DNA of 64,000 nt. It comes from Malacoraja senta (Eukaryota). The translations under genes were made by a program, and so were the position numbers. Location: contig JAXLNO010000548.1 of assembly GCA_038087875.1 (NCBI GenBank), forward strand, positions 1-64,000, given 5' to 3'. Shown here piece by piece: positions 1 through 9,900 of this stretch (the stretch's first letter is position 1; each line of letters starts with the position of its first letter). A model generated the notes under the pieces. That model saw only the letters and a list, made by a program, of their open reading frames with translations. It ran no database searches and was not told the origin of the DNA.

Positions 1-13
1 GAGGGAGGGAGAG

Positions 14-80
<67 letters not shown>

Positions 81-180
81 GGGGGGTTAGGAATTTTGGA
101 GTTTTGAGTAATGTCGGACTCCTTTCCTCTCTCCCTCCTTCCCTCTAGAGAGAGAGGGAGAGGGAGATAGAGAGAGAGAA
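1..180 (+). repeat. (GA)n / purine-rich microsatellite
   Basis: Long perfect (GA)n run at ~20-75 plus GA-rich flanks. Confidence 0.95.
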
Positions 181-232
181 GCAGGTAGTGAGAAAGACAG
201 AGAGAGAAGTATCCACCTCTCCCTCTCTCTCT

Positions 233-560
233 GGTCGTCACGGTGACCCAGCGGTAGAGTTGCCACCTCACGGTGCCAGAGACCCCAGTTCCATCCCGAC
301 CACGGGTGTTGTCTGTGCGGTGTTTACACGTTCTCTCCCCGTGACCTGCGTGGGTTTTCTCCGGGCGCTCTGGTTTCCTATCACACTCCAAAGATGTGCG
401 GGTTTGTATGTTAATTGGTTTCTGGTAAAGTTTGTAAATTGTCCCCCTGTGTGTGTTTAGGATAGTGTTAGTGTGCGGGGATCGCTGGTCGGCACGGACG
501 CGGTGGGGCCGAAGGGCCTGTTTCCGTACTATATCACTAAACAAAACTGGACTAAACTGG
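233..560 (+). mobile_element. tRNA-derived SINE (V-SINE/HE1-like)
   Basis: A-box-like 'ggtgacccagcggtagag', B-box-like 'agttccatccc', central 'ctccgggcgctctggtttcctatcacactccaaaga', 3' 'gggccgaagggcctgtttcc' and (actaa)n tail; the same body recurs more than 10 times in the window. Confidence 0.8.
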
Positions 561-650
561 TTGAAGAACATAATTCAAACATCAAGGTGTCCACAAAGTG
601 TAAAATATGTTTTCATTTTATTTGGAAAGGCCACTAAAGAAAACAGAGAA

Positions 651-742
651 AGAGTTGAGTATTGGAGCAAAGAGGTCCTTCTGCAGTTGTACAGGGCCCT
701 GGTGAGACCACACCTGGAGTATTGTGTGCAGTTTTGGCCTGT
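651..742 (+). repeat. CR1 RT-derived fragment (copy 1 of a ~110-bp unit repeated at 2103-2299)
   Basis: Encodes [27 protein letters not shown], a CR1 ORF2 motif; near-identical to 2110-2203. Confidence 0.85.
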
Positions 743-2102
743 TCGCCTTCATAATCCACCATCATTCCTGTGCCCAAGTCTAACACAACATCCTGCCTCA
801 ATGACTACAGACCGATTGCCCTTACATCTGTGGCCATGAAGTCATTTGAGCGCATTATTCTCGCTCACCTCAAAACCAGCACTTCATCCAACATGGACCC
901 ACATCAATTCGCATATAGAGCAAACAGGTCAGTAGAAGACACAGTCAACCTGGCCATCCATCACACTCTGCAACACCTGGAAACCGCCAACACTTACGCC
1001 CGCATCCTGTTCATGGACTACAGTTCGGCATTCAACTCCATCAACCCGGTTAAACTTTTCCATAAATTAACGGACATGAACATTGACCCCTGCGTCTGTC
1101 ATTGGATCTATAGCTTCCTTTGGAACAGACAACAGAGGGTGAAGATACATAACACCATATCTCACCCTCTGCACCTCAGTACAGGAGCCCCTCAGGGCTG
1201 CGTCTTGTCACCCTGGTTATTCTCACTCTACACAAATCAACTCACATCCCAGTATAGTTCAGTCAAAATATATAAATACGCAGATGACACAACCATTATA
1301 GGTCTCATCTCTAACAACAACGAAACAGAATACCGCACTCAAACAAACAAAGCAGATAATAACCTCCTACTCAATACATCAAAAACACATGAACTTATCA
1401 TTGATCTCAGACGGAAGGCACAACCCAAGACCCCCCTACTCATCTCTGGCAAACCCATATCCACCACTGACTCATTCAAATTTCTTGGCACTCACATAAG
1501 CAATAACCTCAAATGGAAAATCAATTCAGATCACATTTATAAAAAAGCCAACCAAAGACTTTTCTTTCTCCGTCAGCTCAAGAAGTTCAGAGTGAGGAAA
1601 CATCTCCTAATCCGATTTTACACAGCCATCATCCAAAGCATGCTCACTTCATCAATAACAGTTTGGTACAGCAGTTTAGACACTCACTCCCGTAATAAAC
1701 TACAGCGCATTGTCAACAAAGCATCCAAAATCATCAGCACTTCCCTCCCATCAATAGAATCACTCAATCTCAAACGGTCTGTGTCAAGGGTGAATAAAAT
1801 CATTTCTGATCCCTCCCACCCAGCTCACCACATCTTCCACCTGCTGCCGTCAGGAAGGCGCTACAGCTCACTGCCCACCAAAACATCACGATTTAAAAAC
1901 AGTTTCTACCCATATGCAATTCGAAATCTGAACACTCTATGACAACATCACATAGCCACCTCGTGCATGTACTGTATACTGTATGTTGTTGTGTTTTATG
2001 TTATGTTTGACGGGAATCAGCCTATTGTGTAACATCCTGTACTGAACATGAATTCCACCAGCTTGACTGTGTGGTCATTAAATAATCTGAATCTGAATCT
2101 GA
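743..2102 (+). mobile_element. 5'-truncated Rex1/Babar-type LINE
   Basis: STIIPVPK...LNDYRPIALTSVAMKSFER...DPHQFAYRANRS...LFMDYSSAFN...YADD; 3' UTR ends in a (tctgaa)3 tail at ~2086-2102. Confidence 0.85.
770..1942 (+). CDS. Reverse transcriptase ORF of the Rex1-type LINE (no endonuclease; small in-frame deletion after YADD)
   Basis: 390-aa ORF with RT motifs; the usual L..WC..NNL segment is shortened to TNKADNNL. Confidence 0.75.
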   Translation: MPKSNTTSCLNDYRPIALTSVAMKSFERIILAHLKTSTSSNMDPHQFAYRANRSVEDTVNLAIHHTLQHLETANTYARILFMDYSSAFNSINPVKLFHKLTDMNIDPCVCHWIYSFLWNRQQRVKIHNTISHPLHLSTGAPQGCVLSPWLFSLYTNQLTSQYSSVKIYKYADDTTIIGLISNNNETEYRTQTNKADNNLLLNTSKTHELIIDLRRKAQPKTPLLISGKPISTTDSFKFLGTHISNNLKWKINSDHIYKKANQRLFFLRQLKKFRVRKHLLIRFYTAIIQSMLTSSITVWYSSLDTHSRNKLQRIVNKASKIISTSLPSIESLNLKRSVSRVNKIISDPSHPAHHIFHLLPSGRRYSSLPTKTSRFKNSFYPYAIRNLNTL

Positions 2103-2299
2103 ATAACAAGAGGAGTTGAGTATTGGAGCAAAGAGGTCCTTCTGCAGTTGTACAGGGCCCTGGTGAGACCACACCTGGAGTATTGTGTGCAGTTTTGGCC
2201 TGTTGGCCTTTATAACAAGAGGAGTTGAGTATAGGAGCAAAGAGGTCCTTCTGCAGTTGTACAGGGCCCCGGTGAGACCACACCTGGAGTATTGTGTGC
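2103..2299 (+). repeat. Tandem ~110-bp CR1-derived unit (1.8 copies)
   Basis: 'ataacaagaggagttgagta...' starts at 2103 and again at 2213. Confidence 0.85.
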
Positions 2300-2343
2300 C
2301 CACACACACGCACGCCCTCCACCCGCGCGTGTGTGAACGGGCG

Positions 2344-2722
2344 ATTCATCCCCAACAACACTGCTCCGGATGGGTCAGTGTCAAGAGCCCTAGCAGGTCT
2401 CACCTCTCTGTCTATCGAATTGGCTGAGAACTCTGGAGTAGACAACTCCTGGACTGGGTTTCTAGAATCCTGGTTTGGGAAATGGAAGCACTGCTTTACC
2501 TCAGCTCTAACATCAGTGGTAGTCATGGTGGGGTTACTGTGTTTGTTCGGATGTTGTATCATTCCCTGCGTACGGGGATTGGCTCAGCGATTGATAGAAA
2601 CAGCCCTGACAAAGAACAGCGCTGCCACCATGATGGCCTTCAGAACACAGTATAACCAACGAGAGGGGGATAGGGAGGCGAAGAATCTGCTGCTAGCATT
2701 AGAAAAGGAGGATATAGTATAA
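2344..2722 (+). pseudogene. env: env TM 3' fragment (copy 1): FIPNNTAPDGS...membrane anchor...cytoplasmic tail
   Basis: In ORF 2294-2722; near-identical to 4886-5263 but with the tail frame intact. Confidence 0.85.
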
Positions 2723-2758
2723 ATCAAAGGTTGCGTAGCAAAAAAGAAAAGGGTGGAT

Positions 2759-3049
2759 TGTGAGGAAAGAGTTAACAGACATGGTTGATTTAGACTAGGG
2801 ATAGAGAAATGGCTTGGGGTGTCAGCAGAAGCCAGACTGCTGGTAAAATAGAAAATAACGATATATAGAACAGAGAGAAATTCTAGATAAAAAGTAGCAA
2901 ATTCAGCAGAAGATTTGAGGAGTAAGTAGAAAGAGAGAAAGTACATAAGGTCAAACATATCTGCGCATGCCTAATGAACTTACATGAATATGTACACACA
3001 CCCACTATGACAAGATGCCTAATTTAAATGCACATGCGATGCATGATAT
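2759..3049 (+). repeat. Truncated LTR (U3 part only)
   Basis: Begins tgtgagg after the PPT 'aaaaaagaaaagggtgga'; matches 5300-5590 and breaks at 'gcatgatat' into pol sequence. Confidence 0.85.
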
Positions 3050-3410
3050 AGAACTAAAAATTAAAGGATTGCTGGCCCAGAGCCCACCACTGGACTTCCC
3101 GATACACTCAGTCAAGGCTGGAGACTGGGTATTAATAAAAACGTGGAAAGAAGAAAAGCTGCAACCTAAGTGGACTGGACCCTACCTGGTGTTACTAATC
3201 ACCGAGACGGCAGTACGGACAAAAGAGAAAGGGTGGACACACGCAAGTCGAGTTAAGGGTCCTGTGGAGGCCCCACCAGACAATATCAGCCCGTGGACTG
3301 TGCGCAAAGGAGAGGAACCATTGACTTTAATATTTACCAAGAACCCGCGGGAAAATGAAGATTTTGTGTTGGTGGGTCGTGTGTTGGGTGGTTACCCAAC
3401 TCGTGAGTAA
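3050..3410 (+). pseudogene. pol: Retroviral pol 3' end (integrase C-terminal GPY/F region)
   Basis: HSVKAGDWVLIKTWKEEKLQPKWTGPYLVLLITETAVRTKEKGWTHASRVK; overlaps the env start by ~56 nt. Confidence 0.85.
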
Positions 3411-4590
3411 TATAACATGTATAAAAATCACAATACCACAGAATAGAAGGCCCACCACCATCCCATTTAATGTATGTAAAAGAAAATGGTGGTGCGGCTA
3501 TAGAATGTATGTATGCACCCATCCCTGTAGAAATTGGCACGCGGTGTTTACTTCATCAAAATATGGGTGGCATCAGCCCACCTATCAAACTGATAGGTGG
3601 AAAATATATCAAAACCCGAACGAGAAATTGCCAGGACGTATATATGTGAGCATACAGAGTGTTCAAATGCAGGAAAGTGGTAGGTATTGGATATGTGCAG
3701 ATAAAACAGGGAAGGACACGTGTCTGAAGTTTGAGATAGAAGTGAAGCGGGATGGGGAGATGGTAAGATACGAGGATAGGGGAAAGGTGTTGAAGATAGA
3801 TGACAGTCAGAATAGGGATCCCGGGGCAACACCAGCACCACCGGTAGTCAGCAAAGTCACCAGGGAGAATGAGTCTAAGGATCTGAAGATAATGATAGTA
3901 GAAGGAGAAACAGGATTAATGCAGTTATATGAGAAGGGAATACCAACAGGGGGAAAAGGAGCCAACACCTGGCTTGCCTGGATGATGTACACAGCCAGAC
4001 ATATGCAACAAACCAATTGTTACACCTGCGCCGGAGCTAGGCCTCAGCTGGTCCCAGTACCATTTCCCCTGAATTGGAATAGAACACCTAGGGCTATGTC
4101 ATGTATACTACAGCTATTCACGAATCCCCTCTTACCAAAGAATGTGATATGCCAGAATTATCATTACCTATTTCCAACCAGCAACAACAATACGAAGGGC
4201 CGAAGGGAAGACCCTCGACCTCCTCCATTTACCAGTCCTCTTGGGGAGGAGGGGTTTGAGTGCTATACAAGAAATAACCCAGAGGGACAGGATATGGGGA
4301 AGGTGCTCAAATGCAATCAGACGTATAACATAACGGCTGAGGAACAGGGACCACTGTTCAATAGCTCCTGGCTGAAAAAGCAGATAGTCAGTAGAGCCGA
4401 TGTCTGGTGGTGGTGCGGGGAGAATACCCTGTGGCCCCGGTTACCGGGGTCATGGACGGGAACCTGTACCCTCACACAACTGATGATGCCCTTCACCATA
4501 GCAGTAGAACATGCTGTAGAACTCAATGACGGAAGCCAACGACAAAAGAGAGGGGTGAAAGGATCATTCGACACACACATATATATATAG
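3355..4590 (+). CDS. env: Env signal peptide + putative Ig-V domain + SU + furin site; stops just after RQKR (411 aa)
   Basis: Hydrophobic N-terminus; N.WLAWMMYTAR..TNCYTCAGARP.L.PVPFPL with a CxxC motif at 4018-4029; RQKR at 4540-4551; TAG at 4588-4590 caused by an extra AT. Confidence 0.85.
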   Translation: MKILCWWVVCWVVTQLVSNITCIKITIPQNRRPTTIPFNVCKRKWWCGYRMYVCTHPCRNWHAVFTSSKYGWHQPTYQTDRWKIYQNPNEKLPGRIYVSIQSVQMQESGRYWICADKTGKDTCLKFEIEVKRDGEMVRYEDRGKVLKIDDSQNRDPGATPAPPVVSKVTRENESKDLKIMIVEGETGLMQLYEKGIPTGGKGANTWLAWMMYTARHMQQTNCYTCAGARPQLVPVPFPLNWNRTPRAMSCILQLFTNPLLPKNVICQNYHYLFPTSNNNTKGRREDPRPPPFTSPLGEEGFECYTRNNPEGQDMGKVLKCNQTYNITAEEQGPLFNSSWLKKQIVSRADVWWWCGENTLWPRLPGSWTGTCTLTQLMMPFTIAVEHAVELNDGSQRQKRGVKGSFDTHIYI

Positions 4591-5263
4591 ATGCGATAGG
4601 GCTGACAAGAGGGGTACCCGATGAATTCAAAGCCAGAAACCAGATAGCTGCGGGCTTTGAGTCCATGCTCTTCTGGTGGTCCACAATTAATAAAAATGTG
4701 GACTGGATCAACTACCTATACTACAATCAACAACGCTTTATAAATTACACTCGAGATGCAGTTGAAGGATTACGGGAACAACTGACAGCTACCAGCCAAA
4801 TAGCCTGGCAAAATCGCATGGCCTTGGACATGCTACCGGCTGAGAAGGGAGGGGTATGTGTAATGTTTGGCGAACAATGTTGCACATTCATCCCCAACAA
4901 CACTGCTCCGGATGGGTCAGTGTCAAGAGCCCTAGCAGGTCTCACCTCTCTGACTATCGAATTGGCTGAGAACTCTGGAGTAGACAACTCCTGGACTGGG
5001 TTTCTAGACTCCTGGTTTGGGAAATGGAAGCACATCTTTACCTCAGCTCTAACAGCAGTGGTAGTCATGGTGGAGTTTCTGTGTTTGTTCGGATGTTGTA
5101 TCATTCCCTGCGTCCGGGGATTGGCTCAGCGATTGATAGAAACAGCCCTGACAAAGAACAGCGTGCCACCATGATGGCCTTCAGAACACAGTATAACCAA
5201 CGAGAGTGGGATAGGGAGGCGAAGAATCTGCTGCTAGCATTAGAAAAGGAAGATATAGTATAA
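4591..5263 (+). pseudogene. env: Env TM subunit in shifted frame (ISD, CX6CC, membrane anchor; further 1-nt deletion near 5163)
   Basis: DAIGLTRGVPDEFKARNQIAAGFES...QNRMALDMLPAEKGGVCVMFGEQCC; copy 1 reads agcgctgcc where this copy reads agcgtgcc. Confidence 0.85.
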
Positions 5264-5299
5264 ATCAAAGGTTGCGTAGCAAAAAAGAAAAGGGTAGAT

Positions 5300-5857
5300 T
5301 GTGAGGAAAGAGTTAACAGACATGGTTGATTTAGACTAGGGATAGAAAAATGGCTTGTGGTGTCAGCAGAAGCCAGACTGCTGGTAAAATAGAAAATAAT
5401 GACATATAGAACAGAGGGAGAAATTCTAGATAAAAAGTAGCAAATTCAGCAGAAGATTTGAGAAGTAAGTAGAAAGGGAGAAAGTACATAAGGTCAAACA
5501 TATCTGCGCATGCCTAATGAACTTACATGAATATGTACACACAGCCACTATGACAAGATGCCTAATTTAAATGCACATGCGATGCATGATATGGGAGGTG
5601 TCTTTGATGTCGGGTGGACGTTCCAGGACGTTCTCGTGGGAATGTGGGCTTTATGTTATGATTGGAAGAAGCACAATGGGGAGGGATGAGGGTGTGACAA
5701 TGATACCCATGAAATGTATAAAGATAGAAGACATCCCGATCCTCGGTGTGCCTCTAGGGGACATCAGAGGAGGCACCTATTCTGCAGAATATGATTTAAA
5801 TAAAAAGCTTCTTTGCCGACTTTGTCTCTAAAAGCGTTTGTGATTTTGCATCTCACA
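5300..5857 (+). repeat. Complete 3' LTR (558 bp)
   Basis: tgtgag...ctcaca 6-bp terminal inverted repeat; PPT immediately upstream; TATA-like 'gtataaag' ~5716; aataaa ~5798. Confidence 0.85.
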
Positions 5858-6809
5858 ATTATGTATGGCTTAATTGTATTCATGCATAGTATGATTTGGC
5901 TGAATGCCACGCAAAGGGGTTTTCACTGTATCTAGTTACCCGTGTCAATAATAAACCAACACGTTGTATCTATCGATTGCAGCACCCAGTGTTTATTTTA
6001 AGCAGGTAGCAAGGTTGTATTAAAATTTCCTTTTTGCCTTTGACTACGTGGTGAATGTAAAGATGGGTCATAATGCACTGTATCTTTACTACTGTTTATT
6101 CATAATACACATACTTTGCTGCCCTAGCTGTCCGTGGTCTGTCACTGGAACCAGAGAGAGAGAGAACTGGGTGGGAAGGTTGTAATTATACCAGTGATGT
6201 GGGGAGTGGTTAGTAGTGGTGAGGTCACTATGTTAAAGGTACATGCACATTTCATCTACGTGGTGAAGAGCCATCCTTTTTTCCACCGCTGAAGACCTCC
6301 ATGCGCCAGTACAATATTCTGTCGGCGTGGGGCGATTCGGCATTTGCAATACTGAGGATCAGGACATATTTCCAAATCAGAATGGCGGTCAATTTGGATC
6401 TTGATCTGCAGGTGCTATTTTTACACGGTAGATTTCAAAGGGAGAACAGCACTAATTGCCCGCTTGGAAAGCGAAAGGGTGTTGATTCAACCGTCCAGAG
6501 GAAAATGATTATAATCTTCCATTCAGTGGCCAAAAGTAACACCAGTCCAAATTAGTCATTTTCCCTGCAGCTTCCAAGTTCACGCGAGTCCTACTGTCTG
6601 GTCAAAAAGACGGTGATTCAATTATTATTTGAACAGAGATTGATGGCGGAGGAGTTAGCTTGGTAATGTTATTGAATGTCAAGGCAGTTTACATCTTGCC
6701 TAATACTACACCTGCAAACAACTTTGCTGACATTCACACATTTCCTAAACATGGAACTCATATCTATACCAACATCTTTGATTTAAATCAGAAAATACAA
6801 ACAAAATTC

Positions 6810-6978
6810 GCAGCAGTCGAACGGATGCCTCGCAGCGTCAGAGACCCGGGTTTGATCCCGACTACGGATGCTGTCTGTGTGAACGTCGTACGTGGGTTTT
6901 CTCCGGGCGCTGGTCTCCACCCACATTCCAAACTCGTGCAGGTTTATCGGTTAATTGCCCCCTGTAAATTGCCCCTAG
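6810..6978 (+). mobile_element. V-SINE fragment
   Basis: 'gagacccgggtttgatcccgactacggatgctgtctgtg...ttctccgggcgctgg'. Confidence 0.7.
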
Positions 6979-6989
6979 TAAGACTGCGT

Positions 6990-7660
6990 CGAAACGGGCT
7001 TTTCGGCACAGCATGCCCCATCTACATTAGTCCCAACTCCCCACGCTTGGCTCATAACCCTCTAAACCTATCCTATGCATGTACCTGTCCAATTGTATAT
7101 TTATTGTTATGATAGTACCTGTCTCAACCTCCTCTTCTGGCAGCTCGTTCCATATACCCACCACTCTTTGTGTAAAAATGTTATCCCCAGGTTCCTATTA
7201 AATCTCCACACTCACCCACCTCTCACCGTAAATCTATATCCTCTGGTTCTCGAGTCCCCTATTGTGGGCAAAAAACTCAAGCGCATTTACCTGATTGATT
7301 GCTCACATAATTTTGTAAACCTCTTTCAGATCACCCCATCCTCCTGCACTCTAAGGAATGAAATCCAGAACCAGGGGCCACATTTCCAGAACCAGGGACC
7401 ACAGTTTAAGAATAAGGAGTAAGCCATTTAGAACGGAGACGAGGAAACACTTTTTCTCACAGAGAGTGGTGAGTCTGTGAAATTCTCTGCCTCAGAGGGC
7501 AGTGGATGCTTTCAAGAGAGAGCTAGATAGGGCTCTTAAAAATAGCGGAGTCAGGGGATATGGGGAGAAGGCAGGAACGGGGTACTGATTGGGGATGATC
7601 AGCCATGATCACATTGAATGGCGGTGCTGGCTCGAAGGATCAAATGGCCTACTCCTGCAC
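6990..7660. mobile_element. CR1 3'-end fragments (minus strand 6990-7370, plus strand 7370-7660)
   Basis: 'cagagagtggtgagtctgtgaaattctctgcc...ggagaaggcaggaacggggtactgatt' matches the 3' end of the CR1 at 32.7 kb. Confidence 0.7.
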
Positions 7661-9794
7661 CTATTTTCTATTGAAATCAGAGCCTTCTCAACCTCACCCT
7701 CCCTGAACATAGACTCAGTGACTTGCAGAACAGTTCAGCATAGGAACAGGCCCTTGGGGCCACACCTTCTGTTCCAAAGGTGATGCCAAGTTGAACTAAT
7801 CTCGTCCACCAACACATGTTCCATATCCCTCCTTTCCCTGCATATCTATGCCTTTCTAAAGACTTCAAATGCCACTATCAAGTCTCCTTGTAAATCTTCT
7901 CTGGACTCTTTCCAGCTGGTGTGTTAAAAACAAAGTGCATGAAGAATTCAGTGGGTCAGGCAGCATCTGTGGTGGGAATCGACTGACAACGTTTTGAAGT
8001 CACCAGTCTGAACAAGAGTTCCAGCCTGAATTGTCGTTGGTTCATTCCATCCCACAGATGTTGCCTGACCCACTGTGTTCCTCCAACAGTTTTGCTCAAC
8101 GATCCAACATCTGCAGTTTCTAGTATCCCCAGAGATCTGTTAACTGTTACCATTTAATTGCCCTATTTTATTACATTTTGTATTACATTTCTGTTAAATT
8201 ATGTTGCAGTCTTGGAAATGTTTTCACCTCAGCTGCGAACCTGCATTCCTAGTGTACATTGCTACTTTAATCATGCTAAATTATGATCACTGCCATCAAA
8301 ACACCTCATCACTATCACTACAATACTACTCCCATCTTGCTGCCAAGCAATACCCACCATTTTCTATACAGTCGCCTTAATACTATTTCTTAAATTAATT
8401 TGAGAACCTCTGCACTCTGCTTCAGTGACAGATAATATTAAGTGTAAATTCACAACTATTTATTGTTCTGGGGTGGGTTATTTTGCACCATATAAACAGG
8501 CCAAAATATTTCTCCTTCCGTATCCCTAAGTTTATTTGATATACGATGATAAATACAAAACAATGGATCATTTAAATGTTTACTGTGCTGATGGAGACCA
8601 TTCATCCTATCAGGCCAATGCCACCTCTCTACTGGAGAAAATCACTTGTTCAACCCCAGCCCTTCGACTGTAGTTTTGCGTGTTTTTGCTCACAATTAGT
8701 TTATCCAATTCTCTCTTTGTGATGAAACATAAATAGGGTTTGGATCAATGAACGGAGAAAGAAAATTTCAAGGGTACAAATGACTATCTTTATTATGTCA
8801 AATTACAAGATAAAGCATTAAAAAAGCAACGAATCTCATGGCTTTCAGAATGTGTTAAATGATAGAAGCCGTGGCAAATACCTTCAAGTCTCACAGTCTT
8901 CTGCCCATTGGAGACTCCTATTTATGATGGCTGGTGTGGAGATCTTGCGGGCCCAGCCACTGTCCTTCAAAGATTCTGCATTAAATCAAGCACCGAGCTA
9001 TTCTTGCATGTCTCGGAGAAAAGAAAGGTTTAACTTATCCTTTAGCTACAATAAATATCCTTGTAGGCTGCTCCATAATTTCCCAGTTATTCTAAGTGAG
9101 CCCTCAATCATCTAATTGTTTCCCAAAGCCAGCCTACTTGCTTACCATAAAGTGCAGTTAGCAGAAAATGTAATCTTAGGTGAAAACCCCGTTTACCTTT
9201 TCCAATGCACTAAGGGCATAATGGAGCCAATTACACAACATCTACGTGCCATACACTTGAAATTCCAAACGCACGTTGCATAGAATTCCTTGTCCGCTCT
9301 CAAACCCTCCAGCAAAGTGAGCAGCCTCCCTATCCATTCTTCCATTCAAAGATTGATAATTTTCCAGAGCTCCAAGAACTTAATATGTGATTCACCACCC
9401 TCTGACTCTTGAGATTCCTCCTTATCCCTTTCTAAAGATACATCATGTTATTCTGAGAAATGTGCTTGCCAAGACCATGGCATCTGCAGTTTTATTCTCC
9501 TGATCTTAAGAAGAATGTTCTTGTTATAGAGGGAGTGCTGTGAAGGTTCATCAGATTTCAGGTATGGGAGGACTAATGTATGAAGGGCGATTTGGGCGAT
9601 TAGTTTTACATTGTGATTAGGACCATTCAAAATTAACTACAACATTCTTATGGGTCTGTACAGATTCAAGAGAGTCAAGAGTGTTTTATTGTCATATGTC
9701 CCAGATAGTACAATGAAATTCTTACTCACTGCAGCACAATGGAATATGTAAACATAGTACAAACGAGAAAAGAGAAAAACAAAATCAGTGTGCA

Positions 9795-9837
9795 CATATA
9801 CATATATATATATATATACACACACATACTCACAGGT

Positions 9838-9873
<36 letters not shown>

Positions 9874-9900
9874 GTGTATATATGTACGCATACATATATT
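9795..9900 (+). repeat. Compound (TA)n/(CA)n microsatellite
   Basis: Direct inspection. Confidence 0.9.

Larger units (their letters stand above)
2344..5857 (+). mobile_element. Internally deleted, tandemly duplicated endogenous retrovirus (gamma-type env)
   Basis: Order: env 3' end, PPT, partial LTR, integrase C-terminus, env, PPT, full LTR; 2344-3049 repeats at 4886-5590 (period ~2.54 kb). Confidence 0.9.

Noticed and set aside
4886-5590. Slight excess of G-to-A differences in the second ERV copy, suggesting deaminase editing
   Set aside because: Only about 5 sites out of ~20, with direction unknown; not distinguishable from ordinary transitions
6241-6720. Unique, mildly CpG-containing stretch with short ORFs on both strands
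   Set aside because: No recognisable protein motif or consistent splice pair in any frame
8897-9030. Possible plus-strand exon FCPLETPIYDGWCGDL...EKRK between an AG and a GT
   Set aside because: Weak splice sites and no family recognised
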